IMG/VR virus record: IMGVR_UViG_3300021426_000065
Span: 39,173-103,172 of that record
Origin: a virus
Taxonomy: Duplodnaviria > Heunggongvirae > Uroviricota > Caudoviricetes
Strand: one strand, 5' to 3'
Length of the DNA stretch: 64,000 nucleotides
In this document: positions 10,048-17,833 of the stretch, piece after piece
How positions within the stretch are numbered: position 1 is the stretch's first letter
Layout of the letters: every line of letters begins with the position of its first letter
Notes under the pieces: model-generated
Seen by the model: only the letters and a program-made list of their open reading frames with translations
Databases searched by the model: none
What the model was told of the DNA's origin: nothing
Position numbers and translations under genes: made by a program

Positions 10048-10201
10048 TCCGCCTTCTTTTTTACGCGAGAGTTAAGGGCATCTAACTCGGCGCCCGGCGC
10101 GAAAGTTAAAGACATTTAACTAAAATTTTTTTCAAATAACTATTGACAACAACTTGCTACCATGTTATAATAATAATGTACCAAGGAAAGGGGATGCTAA
10201 C

Positions 10202-10699
10202 ATGCGTAGCAAGAGCAGTTACGAAGTCCGCGCGGAACGTTTCATCAAGATGATTGCCCCGTTCTTGATTACTTGCCGCAGTATTGATGACTATTATTGC
10301 GCAGTAAATACTTTTAACTTCCGTTATCATAGAGCAGTTATTATGAAGCATGGTATTTCCCGCATCGCGCTTATTACTTCTGATTATGTTATTAAAATTA
10401 CTTATGATGAAGAATCTGACTTTGGTACTTGTGAAGATGAGCGTCTGATGTATGAAGAAGCAAAACTTGCAGGATTTGATTATCTTTTCGCCCAGATTAC
10501 ACATGTAGAATATGAGGGAAAAGATTACTATATTATGCCCCGTATCAATGGCATTGGCAAATATGAAGATGATGCTTTTGAATATATGACCGAAGAAGAA
10601 AATGATTGGGTTAGCAATCGTATTTATGACTTACACAATAAAAATTATGGGTGGAAAAATGGTCATGTAGTTTTGATTGATTATAGTGCCCATTATTGA
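10202..10699 (+). CDS. Minimal protein-kinase-like fold protein
   Basis: G.SR, VIK, E, DLHNKN catalytic loop, LIDY. Confidence 0.75.
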   Translation: MRSKSSYEVRAERFIKMIAPFLITCRSIDDYYCAVNTFNFRYHRAVIMKHGISRIALITSDYVIKITYDEESDFGTCEDERLMYEEAKLAGFDYLFAQITHVEYEGKDYYIMPRINGIGKYEDDAFEYMTEEENDWVSNRIYDLHNKNYGWKNGHVVLIDYSAHY

Positions 10700-10798
10700 C
10701 ATGGGCGCCGGCGGCCGAGTTAAAGGCATCTAACTACTTGACAAAAATTTTTTAGAAAAACACTTGACACGGTTCCAAATTTGTAGTATACTTATAGT

Positions 10799-10942
10799 GT
10801 TCCAAGGGACAGAAGATGTGAGTGGGAACGTAGTGCAGAGGTTCAAGTCCTCTCGCGGTGGTACAAAGTAACGGAATTGTCAGCCGTGCTCGCCGCGCCG
10901 AAATGGGGTTGCCGCGTTTGGTGGATTGACTGACCACACCAC
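10799..10942 (+). ncRNA. Candidate structured RNA containing a tRNA-like T-arm
   Basis: Promoter 10764-10792; no convincing ORF; AGAGG-TTCAAGT-CCTCT T-arm at about 10837-10853; further stems GTTCC/GGAAC and CGCGGTG/CGCCGCG. Confidence 0.5.
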
Positions 10943-11070
10943 AAAAAATCTTCAAAAAAAGTCTTGACAAACCAAACAAAGTATGGTATAATCAAGATGT
11001 TCCAAACGAAGGAACGAAACAAAATGAACGGGAAGGAAAACCCAAGACAAACCAGAAAGGAATTAAAACT

Positions 11071-11406
11071 ATGACTAAGAACACCATGAACGCTATCTAC
11101 TCTGTGCTGTCTGGCGCTGACTTCGAGGGCAAGGCCGAGGTTATGGCCGAGGTTGAGAAAGAACTGAATCGCGGTGCTGCGGAGCGTGAGGCCAAGGTCG
11201 CGATGTATGAGGCCGCTCGTCCCGTAGTCTTTGAGGCTATGCGCACGATCGGCGCGCCCGCGACTGTTGCGGACATCTTCGCGGAGGCCGAGAAGGAACT
11301 GCCCGAGGGCTTCACGAAGAACAAGGTGCAGTACGGTCTGCTCCACTACTGGAATGACGCGGTGGTCAAGACCGAAGGCAAAGTCAATATGTACGCGGTG
11401 AAGTGA
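11071..11406 (+). CDS. Putative winged-helix protein, family C
   Basis: TVADIFAE...FTKNKVQYGL.HYW.DAVVKTEGKVNMY. Confidence 0.8.
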   Translation: MTKNTMNAIYSVLSGADFEGKAEVMAEVEKELNRGAAEREAKVAMYEAARPVVFEAMRTIGAPATVADIFAEAEKELPEGFTKNKVQYGLLHYWNDAVVKTEGKVNMYAVK

Positions 11407-11598
11407 GGTAATGGGCGAGAGTTATTCTCGCCCATTCCTTTTGCCTATTAGTTAGAGGACTCTAACTCGCGGCCGGCGAAAAAGTTAGACGTAGTTAACT
11501 AATTTTTTTTAATAAAACTGTTGACAAAATAAAAAATGTATGGTATACTCTTATCAAGAAGTGAAGGAAAACACTGAAACACCAGAAAGGAACCCGCT

Positions 11599-11817
11599 AT
11601 GTATCAGCAAGTAAAGTTTGCAATTATCAACCCCGATTTTATTAACTCTGATGATGACAGAACTATTTTTGGTGGTATTGCTCTTGTCAATGATGATGGA
11701 ACTATTGCAAATGTGATTTGTGGTTGTTGCGGTAGTGTATTTGAACCCGAGGATATTAAGATTCTTGAACGTTATAATGATTGGATGGACTTGACAGAGG
11801 TGATTATCGGTGACTAA
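11599..11817 (+). CDS. Small Cys-containing hypothetical protein
   Basis: VICGCCG motif; conserved leader. Confidence 0.75.
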   Translation: MYQQVKFAIINPDFINSDDDRTIFGGIALVNDDGTIANVICGCCGSVFEPEDIKILERYNDWMDLTEVIIGD

Positions 11818-11962
11818 GAAAAAGAAAACCAAAGTCCGCGACTCTTACGAAGTAAATAGAAGTATTCGCCGCGACTGGGGCGCAATCAGTCCAGTAACCA
11901 AAGTAATTCCAGACAAGCGAGACAAGAAGCCGAAGCATAAGAAAGGATGGGATGAAGAATGA
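11810..11962 (+). CDS. Small basic hypothetical protein (not in track)
   Basis: GTG start after GAGGTG; RRDWGAISPVTKVIPDK; overlaps both neighbours. Confidence 0.55.
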   Translation: MTKKKKTKVRDSYEVNRSIRRDWGAISPVTKVIPDKRDKKPKHKKGWDEE

Positions 11963-12180
11963 ATAACAATGATGCAGAAAAATATATATTATCCAAAGAG
12001 ATTGACGAAGCAGTAAAAATTATTAGTGAAGGAACGCGCAGACGATATATATTGCAATGTGCTAAGAATGACATAGACCGAGGCAAGTTAAATTATATCG
12101 AATTAAATACAGTAATAAGTTGGATGAAACATAGCAATAAAACTTATGATGAAATTATTAGTTGTGTGAAAGGAGAATAA
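11959..12180 (+). CDS. Hypothetical protein
   Basis: Operon-coupled ORF. Confidence 0.65.
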   Translation: MNNNDAEKYILSKEIDEAVKIISEGTRRRYILQCAKNDIDRGKLNYIELNTVISWMKHSNKTYDEIISCVKGE

Positions 12181-12184
12181 TAAA

Positions 12185-12373
12185 ATGAAAATGACTCTTG
12201 TTTACACTGAAAAAGAATATGATACTTGTCAAAACTTTATTACTTTTCTTACTCATCTTTCAGAAGAAATGGACAACGCAGCAGAACTTACTAACGAAAG
12301 AGAAAACATTATAGATAAAACTAAAGACTTAATTACTGACATTATGGATTTTTTTCCAGTGGAAGAAGAATAA
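12185..12373 (+). CDS. Hypothetical protein
   Basis: AAAGGAG RBS. Confidence 0.7.
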   Translation: MKMTLVYTEKEYDTCQNFITFLTHLSEEMDNAAELTNERENIIDKTKDLITDIMDFFPVEEE

Positions 12374-12546
12374 TAAAATAATTTTCATATTGATATTATA
12401 GAAGAAGAGTTAGAGCAATCTAACTCTCACGCCGGCGGCAAAGTTAGATGCATCTAACTAAAAAAATTTTCAAAAAAGTATTGACAACCAATCTTTTATA
12501 TGTTATACTATATTCATCCCAAGGGGATAGAAAGGAAGTAAAAACG

Positions 12547-12762
12547 ATGTACGAAACGACTTGGATAATTAGTAAAGAAAACGAAGATGGTATATTTCCA
12601 ACCGAATTAACCGTATATCATTTTGGAAAGGCCCCTAAGTTCCCCAGTTGGTACATGGAAGCAAATAATTCTTATGTAATTGAAATGATTCAAAACTACA
12701 AGTTGCCAAATCCCTTCTTTACCTTCTTTAAGTGTCTGACCCATCAGTATATTGTTAAGTGA
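12547..12762 (+). CDS. Hypothetical protein
   Basis: Promoter 12481-12509, AGAAAGGA RBS. Confidence 0.7.
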   Translation: MYETTWIISKENEDGIFPTELTVYHFGKAPKFPSWYMEANNSYVIEMIQNYKLPNPFFTFFKCLTHQYIVK

Positions 12763-12776
12763 AAGGAAGTAAGAAA

Positions 12777-13043
12777 ATGAGAGACGCGAAAAAGGGAACC
12801 TATAACGGCGATTATACTTACTGCACCGTTAATGCCTATGGCGATTGCCCTTACTGCGACCAGTGCGGCGTGTGCCATATTGATGACCCTATTGAAGATT
12901 GCGATGACTTCGCGGCGTTCTTTGAGAGTTGGGATGAATGGTTGGACTGTGATGATGTAAACCCAGACGCGCCAGAAGATGAGATTAAATGGGCGGGTGA
13001 TATATACGGATATGAGGATACTTGGGAGGATAATGAAGAATGA
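12777..13043 (+). CDS. Acidic Cys-rich hypothetical protein
   Basis: CPYC..C..C; very Asp/Glu-rich. Confidence 0.7.
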   Translation: MRDAKKGTYNGDYTYCTVNAYGDCPYCDQCGVCHIDDPIEDCDDFAAFFESWDEWLDCDDVNPDAPEDEIKWAGDIYGYEDTWEDNEE

Positions 13044-13210
13044 AAGTGTATATTATTTATCGTTTAGGTGATTATGCGGTACCGCAAGCCATGAGCCTTA
13101 ACTACGATGAAGCAAAAAAGTTCATGAAAGTTCTACAAGATCATGACCCGTATATGCATGATTACTGGATTGAAAGTAAAACATTAAATAATAAGGTAAT
13201 TGAAATCTAA
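13040..13210 (+). CDS. Small hypothetical protein (not in track)
   Basis: ATGA overlap, GGAGG RBS, terminator after TAA. Confidence 0.6.
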   Translation: MKVYIIYRLGDYAVPQAMSLNYDEAKKFMKVLQDHDPYMHDYWIESKTLNNKVIEI

Positions 13211-13353
13211 AACAGACTTCGGTCTGTTTTTCTGCCGGCGCGAAAACTTAACAAAATTGTAATACTTTCGTTATTGTTTTGTAATAATTTCATGTTATAA
13301 TAGTCTCGTAAAGAGGTCAAGGAATAAGACCGAAAAACCAGAAAGGCAACACT

Positions 13354-13758
13354 ATGAAGATTGTAAACATTTTTAGTGAATCTTACCCTCTTAATCCTTG
13401 CGGTCAGGGTGGCATTGAGTTTGATAATAAAACCGCATTGATTGATTACCATGAGCAGGATTGTTGTGAAGAGGTCTATGCTGATTTTTCTAATCTTGAT
13501 AGCGATGTTATGAATTATAATTTTAAGACTATCAATATTAAACCAGTACATTATGGCTTTAAGTTTGGTGATGACCGCCGTATGTTTTTTGTTCCGTGCT
13601 ATAACGTACAGAATGGCTATTATAGCGATGTGCTTAATATTCAGTATGGAGCAATTACAAAGAAAATCATACGCTATGCAAAGGGTAAACCAATATATGG
13701 CAATAGTTTTACTCCGATTAAGTCTTATGATGTCATACCGAAAGATGATATTTATTAA
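13354..13758 (+). CDS. Conserved phage hypothetical protein (HEQDCCE...NGYYS type)
   Basis: Motifs HEQDCCEEVY and NGYYS. Confidence 0.75.
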   Translation: MKIVNIFSESYPLNPCGQGGIEFDNKTALIDYHEQDCCEEVYADFSNLDSDVMNYNFKTINIKPVHYGFKFGDDRRMFFVPCYNVQNGYYSDVLNIQYGAITKKIIRYAKGKPIYGNSFTPIKSYDVIPKDDIY

Positions 13759-13854
13759 AAACTTTTTAAAACCCCTTGACAATCCTTCCCAACTATGATA
13801 TAATAAAGCCATCAAGAGAAGGAAAACTCTTACAAACCAGAAAGGATTCAAACT

Positions 13855-14076
13855 ATGGAAATCAATATTCATGTGGATGAGAATAAAGTATATGAGGCGA
13901 TGGATAAAGCAGAACAGACTATCTGTAATGAGTGGTTTAACGGGAACCGCGATGCTTACGAAGAATGGGCGGGCGACCGCATAAGCGATGGGTTCTGGGA
14001 TCTCATCCAAACTTTAGGCGATATTTGTGGTATCACCATCGACCCCTGTTCCAAAAATCTTCTCAAAAATACTTGA
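13855..14076 (+). CDS. Hypothetical protein
   Basis: Own promoter and conserved leader. Confidence 0.7.
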   Translation: MEINIHVDENKVYEAMDKAEQTICNEWFNGNRDAYEEWAGDRISDGFWDLIQTLGDICGITIDPCSKNLLKNT

Positions 14077-14151
14077 CAAGCGTTTCCGAATATGATATAA
14101 TAATGACATCAGGTGAAGGAAAACACCATTAAACCAGAAAGGAAATTAAGT

Positions 14152-14487
14152 ATGCCGAAACTGACGAAAAATGTTGTTGACACTGACCTTCGTGCTCGCA
14201 TTTTTGATGAGATCATGCCCAAGTATCCCGCAGGTGGCCGCGAATATACGCGCGTTAATGACCGCCAGTATGGCGTCATTCTTGTGGATAAGAACGGCGT
14301 CGAGCGCTACTGCCGCGTGGGCGTTATCGTAGCAGAGGAACGCGAGGACATGACCGCGCGCGAACTCATGCAGAGTGAGATTGACACTTACAACGCCAAG
14401 CAGGAAGAGAAGGCCGAAAAGGCCAAGGCCAAGGCAGAGAAGGCCGCGCACGATAAGGCCGAACGCGAAGCAAAGAAGGGGGAATAA
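14152..14487 (+). CDS. Hypothetical protein, family B
   Basis: Conserved leader; KAEKAKAKAEK tail. Confidence 0.8.
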   Translation: MPKLTKNVVDTDLRARIFDEIMPKYPAGGREYTRVNDRQYGVILVDKNGVERYCRVGVIVAEEREDMTARELMQSEIDTYNAKQEEKAEKAKAKAEKAAHDKAEREAKKGE

Positions 14488-14634
14488 CCCTTCTTTTTTT
14501 CATACTCAGTTAGAAGCGTCTAACTTCCACGCCGGCGCAAAATTTTTTTTAAAAGGTATTGACAAATGCGAGAGCATGTATTATAATATTTATGAAAGTT
14601 GAAGGAAAACAACTTAAACCAGAAAGGGTTTAGC

Positions 14635-15201
14635 ATGTTTACTCTGGATGAAATTAAAGGGCAAGAGCAAGCCAAAAAAGCCATGAATGAACACTATACA
14701 GCTTTACTCGATGCAGATAATACAGAAGATAGAAAAGAACACTTTTCTTTTATGAAAAAGTTGTTTGATAAATATGTATGTATCCGTAAGATTTGGGAAT
14801 ACGTAGAAAACGCGAAGCGTTATGTTTCTCGTTTTTTCAAAAAAATTACAGATGCACTTATTGAACAGGTCAAGCACGATTATTTTTATATTATGAAGTT
14901 TAGAGATTATATCCGCAATGATTCCTTTATTAAAATTGGTTCATCTGTTCATCCAGAAATTAGATTAAAACAGCATGAGCGCTATTATGAGGGATATGAT
15001 GGGGAAATTCTCTACACGTTTGAGACAGGTGATGTGAACTCATCATCTGTTGAAAACGAAGTGCGAGACTATTTTATCCGTAAATACGGCGAAGAAAATT
15101 TTGTTCCAAATGACCGCTTTACTTGTGAAATTGATTTACAAGATATTATTAGTAAGGTTCCTCTTTGCGTAGAACGTCTACGCGCCGCAAAAATTATTTG
15201 A
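14635..15201 (+). CDS. GIY-YIG/T5orf172-like nuclease domain protein
   Basis: YFYIM...FIKIGSS..PEIRLKQ...VENEV. Confidence 0.7.
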   Translation: MFTLDEIKGQEQAKKAMNEHYTALLDADNTEDRKEHFSFMKKLFDKYVCIRKIWEYVENAKRYVSRFFKKITDALIEQVKHDYFYIMKFRDYIRNDSFIKIGSSVHPEIRLKQHERYYEGYDGEILYTFETGDVNSSSVENEVRDYFIRKYGEENFVPNDRFTCEIDLQDIISKVPLCVERLRAAKII

Positions 15202-15286
15202 AAAAGTATTGACAAAATAAAAAAATCATGCTATAATCTATGTGTAAGAAGTCAAGGCCAGACTATAAAACCAGAAAGGTAGTCAC

Positions 15287-15532
15287 ATGTATAAAATTCA
15301 TCGCTATGGTTCCATGTCTTCTACTCTATTTAGCATGGATTTAGAACAATTAAAACGTCAAGTAGAAACACGCGATTATATTAGTTTTTTTAAAAAAGTA
15401 CTTAATTATAAACACGTAGAAATGAAGTGGGAAAAATATCAAAACAAATGGCGTTATTATTGCTATTATTATAGTCCTTATCGTAAAGGTACAAGTAAGA
15501 TGTGTGTAGAAACTATTATTGAATTGAAATAA
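15287..15532 (+). CDS. Hypothetical protein
   Basis: Own promoter and leader. Confidence 0.7.
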   Translation: MYKIHRYGSMSSTLFSMDLEQLKRQVETRDYISFFKKVLNYKHVEMKWEKYQNKWRYYCYYYSPYRKGTSKMCVETIIELK

Positions 15533-15549
15533 GAAAGGAAGTAATAAAA

Positions 15550-15900
15550 ATGAAAATTATTACTACTTATGTCGCTTATGATGACAAAGAGTTTGATACG
15601 CGTGAAGCGTGCGAATCATACGAATGTCTTGCTTGGCAAATAATTGACAAAGCAAATGACACTTATGCTTTTTATGATGCACATTATGATCGTATTTGGC
15701 CAGTATATAAGACTATTGAAGACTGGATAAATTGGTTTGATGCAGTAACAGACACTTGTGATTATGTTAGAGTTCGCGCTATTCCTTCGCATGAGTTACA
15801 TAAGTTTATTTATCGTATCATTGGCGCTTGCTTACCAGAACATAAAATTGGTTGGTTTAAATACGATTATAATACAAATGAATGGGTTAGTGTAGACTAA
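15550..15900 (+). CDS. Hypothetical protein
   Basis: YVAYDDKEFDTREACESYE N-terminus; stop lies inside a repeat box. Confidence 0.75.
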   Translation: MKIITTYVAYDDKEFDTREACESYECLAWQIIDKANDTYAFYDAHYDRIWPVYKTIEDWINWFDAVTDTCDYVRVRAIPSHELHKFIYRIIGACLPEHKIGWFKYDYNTNEWVSVD

Positions 15901-16007
15901 CTCATCCGCCGGCGGCCAAGTTAGAGGACTCTAACTACTATATAAAATTTCTTCAAAAAAATTTAAAAAAGTACTTGACACACTTCCAAATCTATGGTAT
16001 TATATAC

Positions 16008-16103
16008 GTGTCAGGTGAGGGGAGCAACCCTGACAGGTCAAGGTGGTTGCCGAAAGTCAATGGAGACAATACGCATGGACCACGGAAACATTTGGCCACC
16101 AGC
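16008..16103 (+). ncRNA. Candidate two-hairpin small RNA
   Basis: Promoter 15975-16003; TGTCAGG/CCTGACA and GGTGGT/GCCACC stems; no RBS-led ORF. Confidence 0.45.
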
Positions 16104-16170
16104 AAACAAAATGTGCGAAAAAGTTTGCGAAACCCCTTGACAAACAGCAAATCCTGTGCTATAATAAGGA

Positions 16171-16236
16171 TGTAAGCGGTGGCATTAGTTGGGCGGTAAT
16201 GCGTAATTGGGACTGTTAAACCTTCCGCAACTTCCT
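16171..16236 (+). ncRNA. Candidate small RNA
   Basis: Promoter 16137-16165; GCGG/CCGC outer stem and GCATTA/TAATGC hairpin; next promoter follows directly. Confidence 0.4.
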
Positions 16237-16326
16237 AAAAAAAATACTTGACATTCTCCACGAAATGTGGTAGAATATAAAAGAAGAAAGACAAGGACAG
16301 TCTTAAAAACCAGAAAGGGAAAAAGT

Positions 16327-16668
16327 ATGAAGAACTCCACCATGAACACCATCTATGCCACCCTGTCCACCGTTGACTTCGCTGACAAGGAAGCCGTTAT
16401 GACCGAACTGTACAATGAGATTCATCGCGGTGACGCCGCGAAGGAAGCCAAGGCCGCGGAATATGCGAACGCGCGCGAGGTAATCCTTGAAGGTCTGCGC
16501 GTTGCGGGCAAGGCCATCACCCTTGCAGAACTGTGGGATGAGGTAAAGGATTCGCTCCCGAACTTCACGAAGAATCAGGTTTCGTATGGTCTGCGTAACT
16601 ACTGGGCCGATGATGTTGCGGTCACTGTTGGTAAGGTCAACATGTACTCTCTGAAAGAGGGCGCGTAA
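16327..16668 (+). CDS. Putative winged-helix protein, family C
   Basis: ITLAELWDE...FTKNQVSYGLRNYW.DDV.VT.GKVNMY. Confidence 0.8.
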   Translation: MKNSTMNTIYATLSTVDFADKEAVMTELYNEIHRGDAAKEAKAAEYANAREVILEGLRVAGKAITLAELWDEVKDSLPNFTKNQVSYGLRNYWADDVAVTVGKVNMYSLKEGA

Positions 16669-16927
16669 GCGCTCTCTTTTTTCGCGCATAGTTAGACACA
16701 TCTAACTCGGGTGCCGGCACATTGGTTAGAGGCCACTAACCAAAAAATTTTTTGAAAAAAGTATTGACATGCGATATAATCTATGTTATAATACTTATGA
16801 AAGTGAGGGGAGGCAATGATGGAGCAACTTGAAGAACTCTTAATTCAGAATCAGGAAATTTTAATTAGACTGCGAAATGAAGAAGAACACGAAGAAACCG
16901 CATGGTATCGGAAGGATGGGATAAAAG

Positions 16928-17134
16928 ATGATTATGTTCACCGATGATGTTGTCACTGCTTGTCAGACATTTTTTACGACACTTGGTAATTATGGTCTTA
17001 CCATTGCTATCAAAGACATTCAGGCGGCATATGACGGGATTGTCTTCCACACTGATAATGGAGTTAGTTACAAATATTGGTATGTGACTAAAACCGTGAC
17101 TAAACTTGAACCTTGGAGGAGTGTAAAAAGATGA
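16928..17134 (+). CDS. Hypothetical protein
   Basis: Operon ORF. Confidence 0.6.
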   Translation: MIMFTDDVVTACQTFFTTLGNYGLTIAIKDIQAAYDGIVFHTDNGVSYKYWYVTKTVTKLEPWRSVKR

Positions 17135-17292
17135 CTGAAAAACTCGCGCTTCAAATTGCTTACAACATCCTCAACGATGAACTTGACACACAAGATGATG
17201 AGTATGGTTATGGCGCGGCGGATACAGAGTACTATCAGGAAATCAAAGACGCCGCGGCGAAAATCAAAGAAATGATTAAAGAAAGGAAGTAA
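17131..17292 (+). CDS. Small hypothetical protein (not in track)
   Basis: GGAGGAG RBS, ATGA overlap. Confidence 0.6.
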   Translation: MTEKLALQIAYNILNDELDTQDDEYGYGAADTEYYQEIKDAAAKIKEMIKERK

Positions 17293-17296
17293 GAAT

Positions 17297-17500
17297 ATGA
17301 TCGAAGATGAGCGTTGCCCTTATTGCGGTTCTGACAACTTTAACACAGATGATTTTAATGAAAACTATGACATTGACGAAGTATCATTTTATTGGCGTTG
17401 TAATTGTAATGAATGTAAAAAAGTTTTTCATATTACCAAGTGGTATAAATTAACTGAAACATTAGTGCAGACCAATGAGGAACTATATGGGTTAGAGTAA
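17297..17500 (+). CDS. Zn-ribbon protein
   Basis: CPYC...CNEC; stop inside a repeat box. Confidence 0.75.
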   Translation: MIEDERCPYCGSDNFNTDDFNENYDIDEVSFYWRCNCNECKKVFHITKWYKLTETLVQTNEELYGLE

Positions 17501-17629
17501 TCTAACCCATCTGCCGGCGCGAAAGTTAGTCATCTCTAACTTTAAAAAAGTCCTTGACAACCGCAACAATTTATGCTATACTATATCCAGAAGTCAAGGA
17601 AAAGACTCTAACACCAGAAAGGAACCACT

Positions 17630-17833
17630 ATGGAAGTCGTATTCATTAACTCTAATTGCGAAGGTATTTTCCACAGCATGACCGCCGCGGAGATTCATAT
17701 TTGCGCGCTTGCGTCAGAGGGTGATGCAGAGTTCGTCTCGCGGTGGTATGATTATGACCACAAGTGCCATGTTCTCATCTACGACCATTTCATTGCAAAG
17801 ATTTATACCACGGACGTAATTGAAGTAGAGTGA
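17630..17833 (+). CDS. Hypothetical protein
   Basis: Own promoter, leader and terminator. Confidence 0.7.
   Translation: MEVVFINSNCEGIFHSMTAAEIHICALASEGDAEFVSRWYDYDHKCHVLIYDHFIAKIYTTDVIEVE

Noticed and set aside
10799..10942. Complete tRNA or amber suppressor tRNA
   Set aside because: Only a T-arm is recognisable; no acceptor stem, D-arm or CUA anticodon loop.
13207..14010. 267-aa minus-strand ORF and similar antisense ORFs in the track (e.g. 8026..8586, 10843..11346, 47511..47912)
   Set aside because: They shadow plus-strand genes that have promoters, RBSs and recognisable motifs.
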